Shown here piece after piece: positions 23,353 to 32,305 of a stretch of 38,982 bases of DNA. Position 1 is the first letter of the stretch; each line of letters begins with the position of its first letter. The DNA is from an uncultured Pseudomonadales bacterium (GTDB taxonomy: Bacteria > Pseudomonadota > Gammaproteobacteria > Pseudomonadales > Azotimanducaceae): contig CAZNFE010000001.1 of the NCBI GenBank assembly GCA_964571945.1, forward strand, positions 1 through 38,982. The letters are read 5' to 3'. Position numbers and translations under genes: made by a program. A model generated the notes under the pieces. It was not told the DNA's origin. It worked only from the letters and a program-made list of their open reading frames with translations, and ran no database searches.

Positions 23353-23988
23353 TCAGCTCATAGGAGGCGCTGATGCGATTGATTTTCGCTCACGCAGCCC
23401 GCTATCCTTATAGGCTGCAGCAATCTCCAGGTCTACATCATGGGCCTCTGCGATCTTGCTGATTGCTGCTCCACCTCCTGGGAGTGCATCAGCAGTCTCG
23501 ATAGCCGTCCTGGTAATGTTAGCGACGCGATTCTGTTCTGCTGCAAGCTGTCTAGCTCGTCGCCTTGCAAGCCATGTACCGATGCCGCCGAATATCGTAC
23601 CCACTACCGTCACCACACCGCCAATCGCAGCGACTGCTCCTGAATACGGACCAGCCATAGGTGAACCTGTGGTCAAGGCAGTTCCTACATTCTGAGTTCC
23701 ATGGGCAATGCGGGTTAATCTATTCCCTACCTCGGCGCCGGCCTCAGTTGGAATGAGCTCACGACCAACCACATCTTCCGTCCTGTCAACCATCGTAGTC
23801 GCGGGCTCAATGAGCTGCCGCGATTTTGCGAGGCCTGCCTCGATGCTTTCCATTTGGCCTTGTATTTTTGCAGCCATTTCATTCAGATTTGCCGACCCGT
23901 CCTGCTGGCCTGCATAATCACATCCGATAGACGCCAGGCAAAACAGGCAGCAGATAACCGGCATGATTCTGCTCCATCCGTTCTTCAT
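23353..23988 (-). CDS. putative lipoprotein with an additional internal transmembrane segment
   Basis: ATG 23988 lies 6 nt after GAGGAGGA. MKNGWSRIMPVICCLFCLASIGC|DYAG looks like a signal peptide with a lipobox-type Cys. A Gly/Ala/Val-rich TM segment GAVAAIGGVVTVVGTIFGGIGTWL is followed by RRRAR. Confidence 0.5.
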   Translation of the reverse strand: MKNGWSRIMPVICCLFCLASIGCDYAGQQDGSANLNEMAAKIQGQMESIEAGLAKSRQLIEPATTMVDRTEDVVGRELIPTEAGAEVGNRLTRIAHGTQNVGTALTTGSPMAGPYSGAVAAIGGVVTVVGTIFGGIGTWLARRRARQLAAEQNRVANITRTAIETADALPGGGAAISKIAEAHDVDLEIAAAYKDSGLRERKSIASAPPMS

Positions 23989-24051
23989 AACCATTCCTCC
24001 TCAGAAAAAAGACAAGCCAATGTTGATAGCCTCATTTAGGCTATCATGATT

Positions 24052-24591
24052 TTACAACGGACATACAGTATTATGAATAACCCGTCTCGTCACGTCAAAC
24101 CATACAGAAAATCTAGCCTCTTTTGCACATCGGCACCAATCCAGGTCAACCGGCTCAGCTTCCGGGAATGGAACGGCCTGCAATACCTTCCTGGACATCA
24201 GCAAGCATCCGCTACCAACAGCATCACACTCATATAACCCGTCCCCAGGCTGAGGATGAAGTTCTCCGTTTTCATCCAGACGAAAGGCAAGCCTAATGAT
24301 GCAGCCATGCTGGACTGTGTTGATATTGGCGCTACAAATATCTTTCCCGTTATCAATCATTCCCAAAAGGTCATGGCAGGGACTCATGTCATCATCTATC
24401 TTCAAACACCATTCCGCGTCGCTTTCCAGGAAACCATCTCGCATGATCTTATGAGCAAGTGTGCTTGGTCGCACGTATGGGATGGGGAAGAATTTCACAT
24501 CATGCCCATATTTGTCAAGAGTATGCGTCCATTGCCAGAGTTCATATTGTATTTTGCCGAGCGTAGGAAGCGCCACCATTACTCTACTCAT
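24052..24591 (-). CDS. small GT-A (family-2-like) glycosyltransferase
   Basis: VMVALPTLG.. is the Rossmann-like start. CLKIDDDM is the DxD motif. DAVGSGCLLMSRKVL is the typical GT2 acceptor-loop region. GGAGAT lies 7 nt before the ATG. Confidence 0.6.
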   Translation of the reverse strand: MSRVMVALPTLGKIQYELWQWTHTLDKYGHDVKFFPIPYVRPSTLAHKIMRDGFLESDAEWCLKIDDDMSPCHDLLGMIDNGKDICSANINTVQHGCIIRLAFRLDENGELHPQPGDGLYECDAVGSGCLLMSRKVLQAVPFPEAEPVDLDWCRCAKEARFSVWFDVTRRVIHNTVCPL

Positions 24592-24616
24592 GATGAGTAT
24601 CTCCGAGTCGTTGGTT

Positions 24617-25288
24617 CTAGCTGGTCAATACCGTAAGACCACGAGTGGATGTCCCACCAGAAGCGAATGATGTAGTGATGGTTGCAGAAATCCCGCTATG
24701 CTGATAAACCTTATTCGCTATGGCATCAACCGACCATAAATCAGTGCCGTCAAAGGCCAGCCCAGAACAGGCAGTAGCAGGGCTTGCAAATGTGCTGTTA
24801 ATCGTATTTGTCAGGCCGCTATGAACATAGATTGTTGAAGGATCACAATGAATCAAATCTGTGCTATCATAAGTCAGGCCAGATTGATTTAACCCGGATG
24901 CAGCAAAACTTGTTAGGATGGTTGAGCTTATTCCACTATGCTGATATATCTTACCAGCTAATTGATCAATTGACCATAAATCGCCCGATGCGACTGTAAT
25001 ACCACTTGGAGATCCTGCTGGGGTGGAAAAACTACTGGAAATAGTAGATGTATATCCACTATGAACAAAGACCTTGTCTAAACTATCGCCGACACTTATA
25101 AGATTTCCTGATGTGTTGGCGAGACCGCGTGGGAATGTATCCGGCGAAGCAAAAGTTGTCCTGACGGTTGACGATCCGCCAACGTAAAAAACGATTTCAT
25201 TAGCCGACGCACCTGCCCTGACCAAATCTCCGATCTGAGGCGCAGCACCAGCCTCGCCACCGAACAACGTATATGGAAAAGTCAGCAT
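24617..25288 (-). CDS. five-repeat (beta-propeller-like) protein next to the fibre gene
   Basis: Five units of about 41 aa share K(V/I)(Y/F)xHSGx(S/T)xTIxxSFxxPxxxxxGLxxxxxDLxSxD. Confidence 0.6.
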   Translation of the reverse strand: MLTFPYTLFGGEAGAAPQIGDLVRAGASANEIVFYVGGSSTVRTTFASPDTFPRGLANTSGNLISVGDSLDKVFVHSGYTSTISSSFSTPAGSPSGITVASGDLWSIDQLAGKIYQHSGISSTILTSFAASGLNQSGLTYDSTDLIHCDPSTIYVHSGLTNTINSTFASPATACSGLAFDGTDLWSVDAIANKVYQHSGISATITTSFASGGTSTRGLTVLTS

Positions 25289-25299
25289 CGGTGTCTCCC

Positions 25300-28122
25300 C
25301 TACTTGCTATCATTCACCATCTGGCAGTGGATGTTCGTGCCATCGCTTACCCCGGTGAGAACGTCCACCGCCAGGCCAGTTGTAGTGAGGACCGGAGCGG
25401 TGCCGCCTGGGAACTTGAACACAGCGTTGTAGGCGAGAGTGCGGCTGCCAGTTGCGTCCTGTTTGATAATCCAGATGTATGTTGCTCCGTTCTTGAGGTT
25501 TGTGGGCGCGCCAAGCGTCCGGTTACCCGCTAGTGTAACGGTGTGGACGTTGCCGTTGTCGCAATCCGTAGCAATTGTTGCGGCGTCAGTAAGTGTATCT
25601 GTATCGCTCCATGCCTGACCTCCAACCTGCACATTTCCAGTCGTCGTCAGTGTGGACAATGTTGCGGTGCCGCCAGTGATTGCTACAGAAGCCGCTGATT
25701 GAGTTGCAATCGAACCAAGGCCGAGGTTTGACCGTGATGTTCCGGCATTCGCCACATCAGAAAGATTGTTGTCCGCCAATAAAGCCCCGGTCGGGAAATC
25801 ATGCCATTGGCTGCCGATTCTGAATTGCATATTGGGAGAATTGTATCTTATGATCCCGTTCGTCGTATCTGATGTGCTGCCCAGCTTGATAGCACCGCCT
25901 GATGTGATGTAAGCGAGAGCTGTCTCTGAGCTATCTATCCAATCAGTCAGATGGCCAGATTGACTGACTGCCCCCTTAATGGTGAAGGGTACATCAGTAT
26001 CAGTTTGGCACGTTACCCGGAAGAGATGACCGGTGTTATTGTATGTCAAACCAACCGCACCGCCGAATGAACCACCATCATTGAATTGAATTTGATTACT
26101 GCTGCCTCCAGGCGCTCCACCGGCTGGCGTTGCCCAGGTACCATCACCGCGCCAGAACGTAGAACTGCTCGCACCTGTTCCACTATTGAGATTCGTGACA
26201 GGGAGATTGCCAGTGACGCCAGTAGTAAGAGGAAGACCTGTGCAGCTTGTAAGCACACCCGAAGCGGGAGTGCCAAGCGCAGGCGTGACAAGGGTCGGTG
26301 AGTTGGCGAACACAAGCCCACCGCTGCCTGTCTCGTCACTTATGATACCGGCCAGCTGCGCCGAGGTCGTCGCTGCAAATTGACTCAGAGCATTTGAGGT
26401 CAGTGCATCACCAATTCCAGCTCCCAAGGTTGCCCTGGCGGTTGCGGCATCCGCATCATCCAAGAGAGTTCTGGCAAAGGAAGAGAGAGCTGTCACTGCA
26501 TAGGTATCCAGACCAGTAGTATAGATCATCTTATCCGCGGCGGTTACCAATGCGGCAATACTGGTGAGGCCGGCATCAATTGCCTGCTTACCACTATCAA
26601 GAGTATCCAACGCATTAGATACGAACGCGCCAGCCACCCCGGAGTCATTATCAACCTGAGAAGCATCATAGTCTGAAGCCGCAGCAGCCACCGCTCCAGT
26701 CCTACCAAATACTGAAGCAACTCCTCCACTGACCGTCGCCCAAGAGAGATTCCCTGCCCCATCATTCTGGAGGTATTGACTTCCTGTACTGTTGCCTGTT
26801 GGGAAGGTGTAGGCATTATGGAATTTGATCCCTGAAATGTTCACTTCCAAGACAGGAGTGGAATCATTTTGCAATACTTCGAGAATGTTATTTGTTTGAA
26901 TTGATCCGCCCTTGATCTTGGCCACCACATGATCCAATGAAGGATCTGGTAGAATCTCAATAGCTGCATCATTTGGTATATGGAGTCTCTGAGAACTTCC
27001 TACGGCTATCGAAAGCTGATTGGCAGCAGGAGAATATAATCCCGTATTCGCTGCGTTATTCAAACCATATGCAACGTTACTGGCAGAACCAGCAGAACGG
27101 GTCCTTACCTGGCCACCATTTCCAATCTCAAAGAGATTCACCCCTGTACTGTTATCTATCCGGAGAATATTGGCTGTCTGACCCAATACTCCCTGAATCC
27201 TGAGTTGATATTCATCTGCATTTCCATCAATGAATACCCTGGCATAGGATTCTGGACTTGTATTCCCAACCCCAATATGACCATCTACAACGAGCTGGTC
27301 CAATATACGGGCATCAGAACAATTGAAATTGCCCCCTCCGGTATCAGTGTTATTTCGGATCGTGAGAGTGTCATTTGATACATTCCGAAGAATGACAGGA
27401 TTGGCGGCCTCACTGATTCTGAGAGGAAGAACTGCCGTAGGGTTGCTTGCATCTAAGCGGAGGCTCTCCACCCCACCAGCAATCAGACTTAATTCATCCG
27501 CTGCATTATGGCCAATGCCTGTATCCTGGTCGTTTCGACTTGGAATGAGTGAAGGCACCGTATTCGAAGCTGCAATGCTGCGAACCATCCATGACGTAGA
27601 CAGGTCAGACTTGATGCCATCTGCATCAATGAAACCAACATCGGCTCCATTGATGGCAATTTTGACGGTATTATCTACTGATTCATAGAATCCGCTATTG
27701 CCATCCCCAAATGCTAAACTGGGAGATGCAGCGGTTCCGCCTGCGGCGATTGTGACCTGTGATACGCCTACAACGCTACCGCCTGTAATCGCAACGCTAT
27801 CGGCATCCTGAACCGCAATCGTTCCAAGCCCGAGGTTTGTCCGGCTGATGGCTGCGTCATCAAACGTGTTGTCGCATGTGCGACTATCAGATAGACGAGA
27901 GTCATTGCCCTGGCAGACCGTGCCAGCAGATGACCCAAAATCCTTGTTGAAAGCAGTATTTTTGGAGAATGCCAGCTCATAGTAAGTATCGAATAGATCT
28001 TTCATCTGCTGAACTGTCAGCCCGACGCTGGTTGGACCTGGGAGCTGTGATGCCTCAATCTTGTCAGTAAGCTGCGCCGCAGCTGCTGCTGGTAATCCTG
28101 AAATCTTAATGTTGGACATCAT
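25300..28122 (-). CDS. long fibre protein (940 aa)
   Basis: N-terminal [10 protein letters not shown]...LTDKIE, then [10 protein letters not shown]. The motif R(T/S)NLGLG(T/S)[11 protein letters not shown] recurs at both ends. Long Gly/Ser/Thr/Asn beta-rich repeats are typical of phage fibres. ATG ATG at 28122/28119 follows AGGAGAAA. Confidence 0.75.
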   Translation of the reverse strand: MMSNIKISGLPAAAAAQLTDKIEASQLPGPTSVGLTVQQMKDLFDTYYELAFSKNTAFNKDFGSSAGTVCQGNDSRLSDSRTCDNTFDDAAISRTNLGLGTIAVQDADSVAITGGSVVGVSQVTIAAGGTAASPSLAFGDGNSGFYESVDNTVKIAINGADVGFIDADGIKSDLSTSWMVRSIAASNTVPSLIPSRNDQDTGIGHNAADELSLIAGGVESLRLDASNPTAVLPLRISEAANPVILRNVSNDTLTIRNNTDTGGGNFNCSDARILDQLVVDGHIGVGNTSPESYARVFIDGNADEYQLRIQGVLGQTANILRIDNSTGVNLFEIGNGGQVRTRSAGSASNVAYGLNNAANTGLYSPAANQLSIAVGSSQRLHIPNDAAIEILPDPSLDHVVAKIKGGSIQTNNILEVLQNDSTPVLEVNISGIKFHNAYTFPTGNSTGSQYLQNDGAGNLSWATVSGGVASVFGRTGAVAAAASDYDASQVDNDSGVAGAFVSNALDTLDSGKQAIDAGLTSIAALVTAADKMIYTTGLDTYAVTALSSFARTLLDDADAATARATLGAGIGDALTSNALSQFAATTSAQLAGIISDETGSGGLVFANSPTLVTPALGTPASGVLTSCTGLPLTTGVTGNLPVTNLNSGTGASSSTFWRGDGTWATPAGGAPGGSSNQIQFNDGGSFGGAVGLTYNNTGHLFRVTCQTDTDVPFTIKGAVSQSGHLTDWIDSSETALAYITSGGAIKLGSTSDTTNGIIRYNSPNMQFRIGSQWHDFPTGALLADNNLSDVANAGTSRSNLGLGSIATQSAASVAITGGTATLSTLTTTGNVQVGGQAWSDTDTLTDAATIATDCDNGNVHTVTLAGNRTLGAPTNLKNGATYIWIIKQDATGSRTLAYNAVFKFPGGTAPVLTTTGLAVDVLTGVSDGTNIHCQMVNDSK

Positions 28123-28128
28123 TTTCTC

Positions 28129-28314
28129 CTACTCTGTGATTCTCTGGTCGCCAGCCTCTGTGATCCGAGTATCCTCATCCTCAGTGATTCGGAGATGGAC
28201 ATTCGGCGGAACAGGCGCCGGATCATATGTATTGATGATTCCGCGCTTATGGCCGTTTACAATATCGCGCACATGCGGATCTGTGGTCACATATTGGTGG
28301 ATGGTCGAAGGCAT
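28129..28314 (-). CDS. hypothetical 61-aa protein with three RITE octad repeats
   Basis: GGGGAAG precedes the ATG. It packs tightly between its neighbours. The C-terminus is HLRITEDE-DTRITEAG-DQRITE. Confidence 0.4.
   Translation of the reverse strand: MPSTIHQYVTTDPHVRDIVNGHKRGIINTYDPAPVPPNVHLRITEDEDTRITEAGDQRITE
28132..28190 (-). repeat. 11-nt core recurring three times with an exact 24-nt period
   Basis: Plus strand has ctctgtgattc at 28132, ctctgtgatcc at 28156 and ctcagtgattc at 28180. These encode the RITE repeats. Confidence 0.6.
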
Positions 28315-28315
28315 C

Positions 28316-28759
28316 TTACTTCCCCAGCTTCACAATGACCGTATCCGTCCCATAGTCGCCGGTCGCGATGCCGACGCGGTAGACAGTGTTCTCTGCCGCG
28401 TCCACGATGTAGGCTTCCTGGTCTGCGTTGAAGTTCTGCACGTCCCGGTAGACCGCGCCGCCATCGTCCGAACGCTGCAGCGTGACGAGCGAATCTACGA
28501 CACCAGAAATGCTGAGATTCAACATGAGCGGGTTTGCCAGGTCCTTATCGCGCACCGGGACACCATCAGTCCAGATGTTTTGTCCAGTGATTGTCACGGT
28601 ATTGGATGGTGAGGTATCGGTCTCAGTGAAATCCGCATTTCCACTCAGATCCTCATATGTCTCAATGGACTCGCCAGGATTCACCTTTTGGGTCTTGTCA
28701 TAAATGTCCTTGACGATATAGACGCTTGTCGTTGCATCGTTCCTATAGGTTGGCATCAT
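28316..28759 (-). CDS. hypothetical virion-module protein (147 aa)
   Basis: GGAGGA precedes ATG ATG. Beta-rich composition. It lies between the gp10-like adaptor and the fibre block. Confidence 0.5.
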   Translation of the reverse strand: MMPTYRNDATTSVYIVKDIYDKTQKVNPGESIETYEDLSGNADFTETDTSPSNTVTITGQNIWTDGVPVRDKDLANPLMLNLSISGVVDSLVTLQRSDDGGAVYRDVQNFNADQEAYIVDAAENTVYRVGIATGDYGTDTVIVKLGK

Positions 28760-29212
28760 TCATCCTCCATCTCTCAAATTCTGCATCAGGGTATCCCTGG
28801 CTTCCACGATATTGCTCAGCGCTACCGGCATCTCTGCCCTTGGATTTCCGCCCTCCTCTTTCGCCGGCCATTTTGTTACCGGAGGGTCACCAATATTCCA
28901 CCGCTTGACAGCACCGCCTGCGATATATTTCGTACCCTCAATCAGATACCTCGCATAATAGACGTTGAAGGCAATTCCGCCGATTATCTGGCCTCCATAA
29001 GTCGTAATGAATGGCTGGGTCGTTTTCTTGAGCATCCCCCTCGCAGTGCGGGTGAATTGCCCTGGTCCGACTGCAGCGCGCACAGGTATGACCTTGATGG
29101 TTTCTCTATGCCACCATGTGACTGCTTTGGTCATTGCCTTGCGGCTGCGGGCCGTGAACTCCTTCTCCATGCGCTTGATGTCAATACGGCCTTTGAATGT
29201 CAGCTTCATCAT
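28760..29212 (-). CDS. HK97 gp10-like head-tail joining protein
   Basis: ..IKVIPVRAAVGPGQFTRTARGMLKK...FNVYYARYLIEGTKY resembles the gp10-family pattern (vP.dTG.Lr.s ... YA.yvE.Gt). ATGATGA junction with the connector gene. Confidence 0.65.
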   Translation of the reverse strand: MMKLTFKGRIDIKRMEKEFTARSRKAMTKAVTWWHRETIKVIPVRAAVGPGQFTRTARGMLKKTTQPFITTYGGQIIGGIAFNVYYARYLIEGTKYIAGGAVKRWNIGDPPVTKWPAKEEGGNPRAEMPVALSNIVEARDTLMQNLRDGG

Positions 29213-29766
29213 TCACCCCATGGACGATAATGATGTAGAATCTCCTGAACTTCCTTGCTGAGATTCATTTGCTGCCGAATCGTCTGGCTCCAGTCATCAT
29301 GTTTTTCACTCTGCAGAATGTCCTTGCCGGTTTGGCCAAGCCGTAGCAGGTTCCACTTAGTCTGAAGCGTGCTCATGGCCGCCCAGTAGATGTCATCGGG
29401 AATCGTGGCAAACCCGGCGCTGTAGATTACCTGAATGTTCTTGCGCCCTATGGTCCATACCCCACCCGATACTCTCTCCACCGCCATATCGTCGAGAAGG
29501 TAGTCACCTGAATCTATTGGGTCAACCGTCCAATCCGCGGATGAACTGATTTTGATGCTGGTGATTGCCTCTGCAGGCTCTCTGAGCCACATCGCATAGC
29601 CTCCATCACCATCGATATATTCTGTCACTGATGCGCTCTCAATCGTGCGGAACGCTTCCTTCTCGAATAGTCGTGTGGTTGCGGTCAGGATACCAGTCAC
29701 CTCAGTATCATATGTTGCATCAGTGAGGCCAAGGAGTGTCTTGGCGTATGACAGCGTCAAAATCAT
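29209..29766 (-). CDS. gp6-like head-tail connector (DNA-packaging/adaptor) protein
   Basis: LSYAKTLLGLTDATYDTEVTGILTATTRLFEKEAFRTI is the typical N-terminal helix pair of Phage_connect_1-type proteins. Track start is TTG 29778. ATG 29766 follows GGAGGATGGT. Confidence 0.65.
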   Translation of the reverse strand: MILTLSYAKTLLGLTDATYDTEVTGILTATTRLFEKEAFRTIESASVTEYIDGDGGYAMWLREPAEAITSIKISSSADWTVDPIDSGDYLLDDMAVERVSGGVWTIGRKNIQVIYSAGFATIPDDIYWAAMSTLQTKWNLLRLGQTGKDILQSEKHDDWSQTIRQQMNLSKEVQEILHHYRPWGE

Positions 29767-29774
29767 ACCATCCT

Positions 29775-29815
29775 CCAAACGAAAACGGGGGGAAGGGGAG
29801 ATTCCCCCTCCCCCC
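29775..29815 (-). terminator. GC-rich intrinsic terminator/attenuator immediately after the major capsid gene
   Basis: Minus strand reads GGGGGGAGGGGG-AATCT-CCCCTTCCCCCC, with 11 of 12 positions paired, followed by GTTTTCGTTT. It lies in the 72-nt gap between the capsid stop (29839) and the connector start. Confidence 0.6.
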
Positions 29816-29838
29816 GGTGTTGCTTACTGTGCTCCGGT

Positions 29839-30993
29839 CTAACTGCCGTTCACGACCCCTGTGGCGATCCTGAACGCATCGGTCAGCACGGGCTGGCCAT
29901 CCCACTTCTCCACAATGGTGATTTCCTTGGAGAAGTTGCGCGGGCTGTCACCGCTCATCATGTACATCAGTCGGTTGATGTAGACCACATACCGGCTGAA
30001 GTCACCGGCAAGGATCTTGCCGCTGGTGACATATGCGCTTTCCTCCATGTTGGGGAGCTTGTTGAGCAGGAACTGCGCTGCCCGAACATTCTCAGCCAGC
30101 TCCGCGATGATGCTGAAGAGGGTCTGGCCCTCCATGAGCATCAGACTCCGCGCACGGTATCGCTGCGGGATTTCCTGCGCGAAGTTGAGGATGCGCGCGA
30201 TGGTCGGCGCACCACCAAAGTCCACCGTGGTGATGCCGGCGCTGGCGTCCATCAGCCCCAGCGGACGGCTTGACCCGGAACCTGGACCGACAATCGGCTC
30301 GCTCTCGTGGTCGATTGCAAACGCATCGGCCGCGAGGTCCATCAGCTCCTGGACGATGTCATCGGGGCTGTCCTCAATGAGGTCAATCTTGATGAACGTG
30401 CGCATATCGTAGTAGCGCATCGTCCACGTGAGCTCGCCATAGGTCGGTTCCTGCTCGGTCACATCGTCCGAGCTGGTGGTGCTGCTCGACTTGGCCGCCG
30501 TCCCCTTGTTGCTGCTCGGGTAGGCAGTAACCTCACGCTTGGTGACGCTGTCCCGGCTGGTCCGGCGCTTGGTAATGAGCGGCCATACGATGGCTGGCTC
30601 ATCAGCCTTCTTCTCAACGCCGAGCTGGAAGTCCACCGGAACGGCATAACCGCCCTTGCTTGGCGTTGCCGGACCGAGTGCCTGGGTAACAACCCCATCT
30701 TCGTCCAGGTCCGGATCCGGTGTGCCGCCAAGAATGGCACAACGGAAGAACTCGCCCTGCTGCTCGAGGGACATGCTCTCGTGCTTGCTCCGGCTCTTCT
30801 TGGCCTGGAGCTGCTTGGCGATGATCTCCTGATTCTGTCGCTGTTGCTTGGCATTCTCAATGGCGACAGAAAGATCCTCGCCAAAGAGTGCCTTCAGCTC
30901 TTCGCCTACGACCGTCTTAGTCATGCTGGCGAGCTTCTCAACCGTCTGCTCATTGATCGCTACAGACGCCTTGTCCTTGTTTTCCTCAGCCAT
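29839..30993 (-). CDS. major capsid protein, HK97 fold family
   Basis: An N-terminal helical delta-like region (..EELKALFGEDLSVAIENAKQQRQNQEIIAKQLQ..) is followed by SKGGYAVPVDFQ, the GGYLVP-type motif. It lies directly after the prohead protease. AGGAGA lies 6 nt before the ATG. Confidence 0.85.
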   Translation of the reverse strand: MAEENKDKASVAINEQTVEKLASMTKTVVGEELKALFGEDLSVAIENAKQQRQNQEIIAKQLQAKKSRSKHESMSLEQQGEFFRCAILGGTPDPDLDEDGVVTQALGPATPSKGGYAVPVDFQLGVEKKADEPAIVWPLITKRRTSRDSVTKREVTAYPSSNKGTAAKSSSTTSSDDVTEQEPTYGELTWTMRYYDMRTFIKIDLIEDSPDDIVQELMDLAADAFAIDHESEPIVGPGSGSSRPLGLMDASAGITTVDFGGAPTIARILNFAQEIPQRYRARSLMLMEGQTLFSIIAELAENVRAAQFLLNKLPNMEESAYVTSGKILAGDFSRYVVYINRLMYMMSGDSPRNFSKEITIVEKWDGQPVLTDAFRIATGVVNGS

Positions 30994-30997
30994 TGCC

Positions 30998-32290
30998 TTA
31001 TCTCCTGTTTTTGTTTCTCATGTTTTCCAGCGCCAACTCCGTCCTCATGTCGCGTAGGCGCTTCAACTCAGGGTCGATCCGTAGCTGCTTCCTGATTGTC
31101 TGCCTGAGGGCGTCAACATCCACCTCAATCTCCTGCGGAGTTTCCTCGGCAGGCTTTTGCTGTAGAGTCGTATCGCGCTCAGCAAGGGCAGCTTCCAGAC
31201 GTTCCATTGCCTCTTTCTGTTGCTCCAGTGCTTCGCAGACCTTGGCAAACATCTCGATCATCTTGCTGTCCACCGCCTGCTGCACCATTTCTTCCATGCT
31301 CGCGGGGGTCTTGGCCCCCGGGATGCGAATCACTCCCTGCTGGTGGAGCTGCTCAAGGTACGCTTCGATGGTATCGTCCTGGCTCTCGTATTGCTCAGGG
31401 GGCTCCATCTCCAGCTCGCCATAGTGGGCGCAGAGGTGGCGATAGGCGGCATCCCTTCCGCCATCATCCACCCCCGCCAGGCCGTTCCGTGCCCCTAACA
31501 CGATGGCCATTGACTGCATTACCGCGTCCCTGTCCAGCTCACCGTCCTTGTGGTGGACAAGCTTCGGCTTCTTTCCGTTGGACAGGTTTATGGCATGAGT
31601 CTCACCATCCTTGGCCTGCACCCACTTTGGCTCCTCGAACCCGAGGCACACCAGCTCACGGTCAACGTTGAGCGTCTTGACGAAGTCGTCCTCGCCCATG
31701 TCGAGCTTCTCGGACCATTTGCTGTCAGCCTGGCAGGTCACGCCCTGAATGAGCGCTGTTTCATGCGCGCCGATGGTCACTACGCTGACCTCGATGATTT
31801 CGAGCTTCAGGATCCGGATATACCACACATCGGGATTCTTCGGGTCTTGGACTTCCTCATATTCATGCACATAGAAGCCGATGCTGACCGCCTTGACCAG
31901 CCCGCTCTGCACCATTCCACGGACTTCCCGCAGTTTTGCCATAGCTTCAGTATCAAGGAAACTCTCATCGAATCGGCTATCCCCGGGAATCATGCCACGG
32001 ATCTTTACTTGAGTCTTTGTCACAGTGACCGTCTCGATGAAGCCAATCGGAGGTGCATATGTTTCATGCATCCAATATAGCCTGCCATTTTGCTGCAATG
32101 GCGTCACATCAACATCGGCGGGAGACTTCCAATCAAAGACGAATCCCTTTCGATTGGGCTTGCGCTTCTTATCGAGCGCCAGAGCATCGAACCGCACATC
32201 CCCTGTCTTCTCATCCGTCTTGATCGCCTGGTCCACTTTGCCGGACGGGAGATCGAACTCGCATCGGACAACCTGGGTCTTATCAAACAT
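30998..32290 (-). CDS. HK97-family prohead protease (S78/U35-like) with a long C-terminal scaffold-like extension
   Basis: RLYWMHETYAPPIGFIE, AVSIGFYV and IIEVSVVTIGAHETA match the protease pattern (l.nHd...piG / S.Gf / E.S.V..pA). The C-terminal approx 200 aa is helical and charged (..EALEQQKEAMERLEAALAERD..). Confidence 0.8.
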   Translation of the reverse strand: MFDKTQVVRCEFDLPSGKVDQAIKTDEKTGDVRFDALALDKKRKPNRKGFVFDWKSPADVDVTPLQQNGRLYWMHETYAPPIGFIETVTVTKTQVKIRGMIPGDSRFDESFLDTEAMAKLREVRGMVQSGLVKAVSIGFYVHEYEEVQDPKNPDVWYIRILKLEIIEVSVVTIGAHETALIQGVTCQADSKWSEKLDMGEDDFVKTLNVDRELVCLGFEEPKWVQAKDGETHAINLSNGKKPKLVHHKDGELDRDAVMQSMAIVLGARNGLAGVDDGGRDAAYRHLCAHYGELEMEPPEQYESQDDTIEAYLEQLHQQGVIRIPGAKTPASMEEMVQQAVDSKMIEMFAKVCEALEQQKEAMERLEAALAERDTTLQQKPAEETPQEIEVDVDALRQTIRKQLRIDPELKRLRDMRTELALENMRNKNRR

Positions 32291-32305
32291 CAGCCTCTCC
32301 TCGAC

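Noticed and set aside
24005-24045. Hairpin GATAGCC-TAAATGA-GGCTATC right after the glycosyltransferase stop, with a T run further downstream.
   Set aside because: The T run (TCTTTTTT) starts about 12 nt after the stem, too far for a canonical intrinsic terminator. It may be an RNA-stability element, but the evidence is weak.
25300-28122. Possible diversity-generating retroelement (template/variable repeat) around the fibre gene, prompted by similar segments near 25709-25740 and 27806-27840.
   Set aside because: No reverse transcriptase (no YxDD-type ORF) or Avd-like gene occurs anywhere in the window. Both similar segments are inside the fibre ORF and encode the recurring NLGLG(S/T)IA motif. 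They are intragenic motif repeats, not a TR/VR pair.
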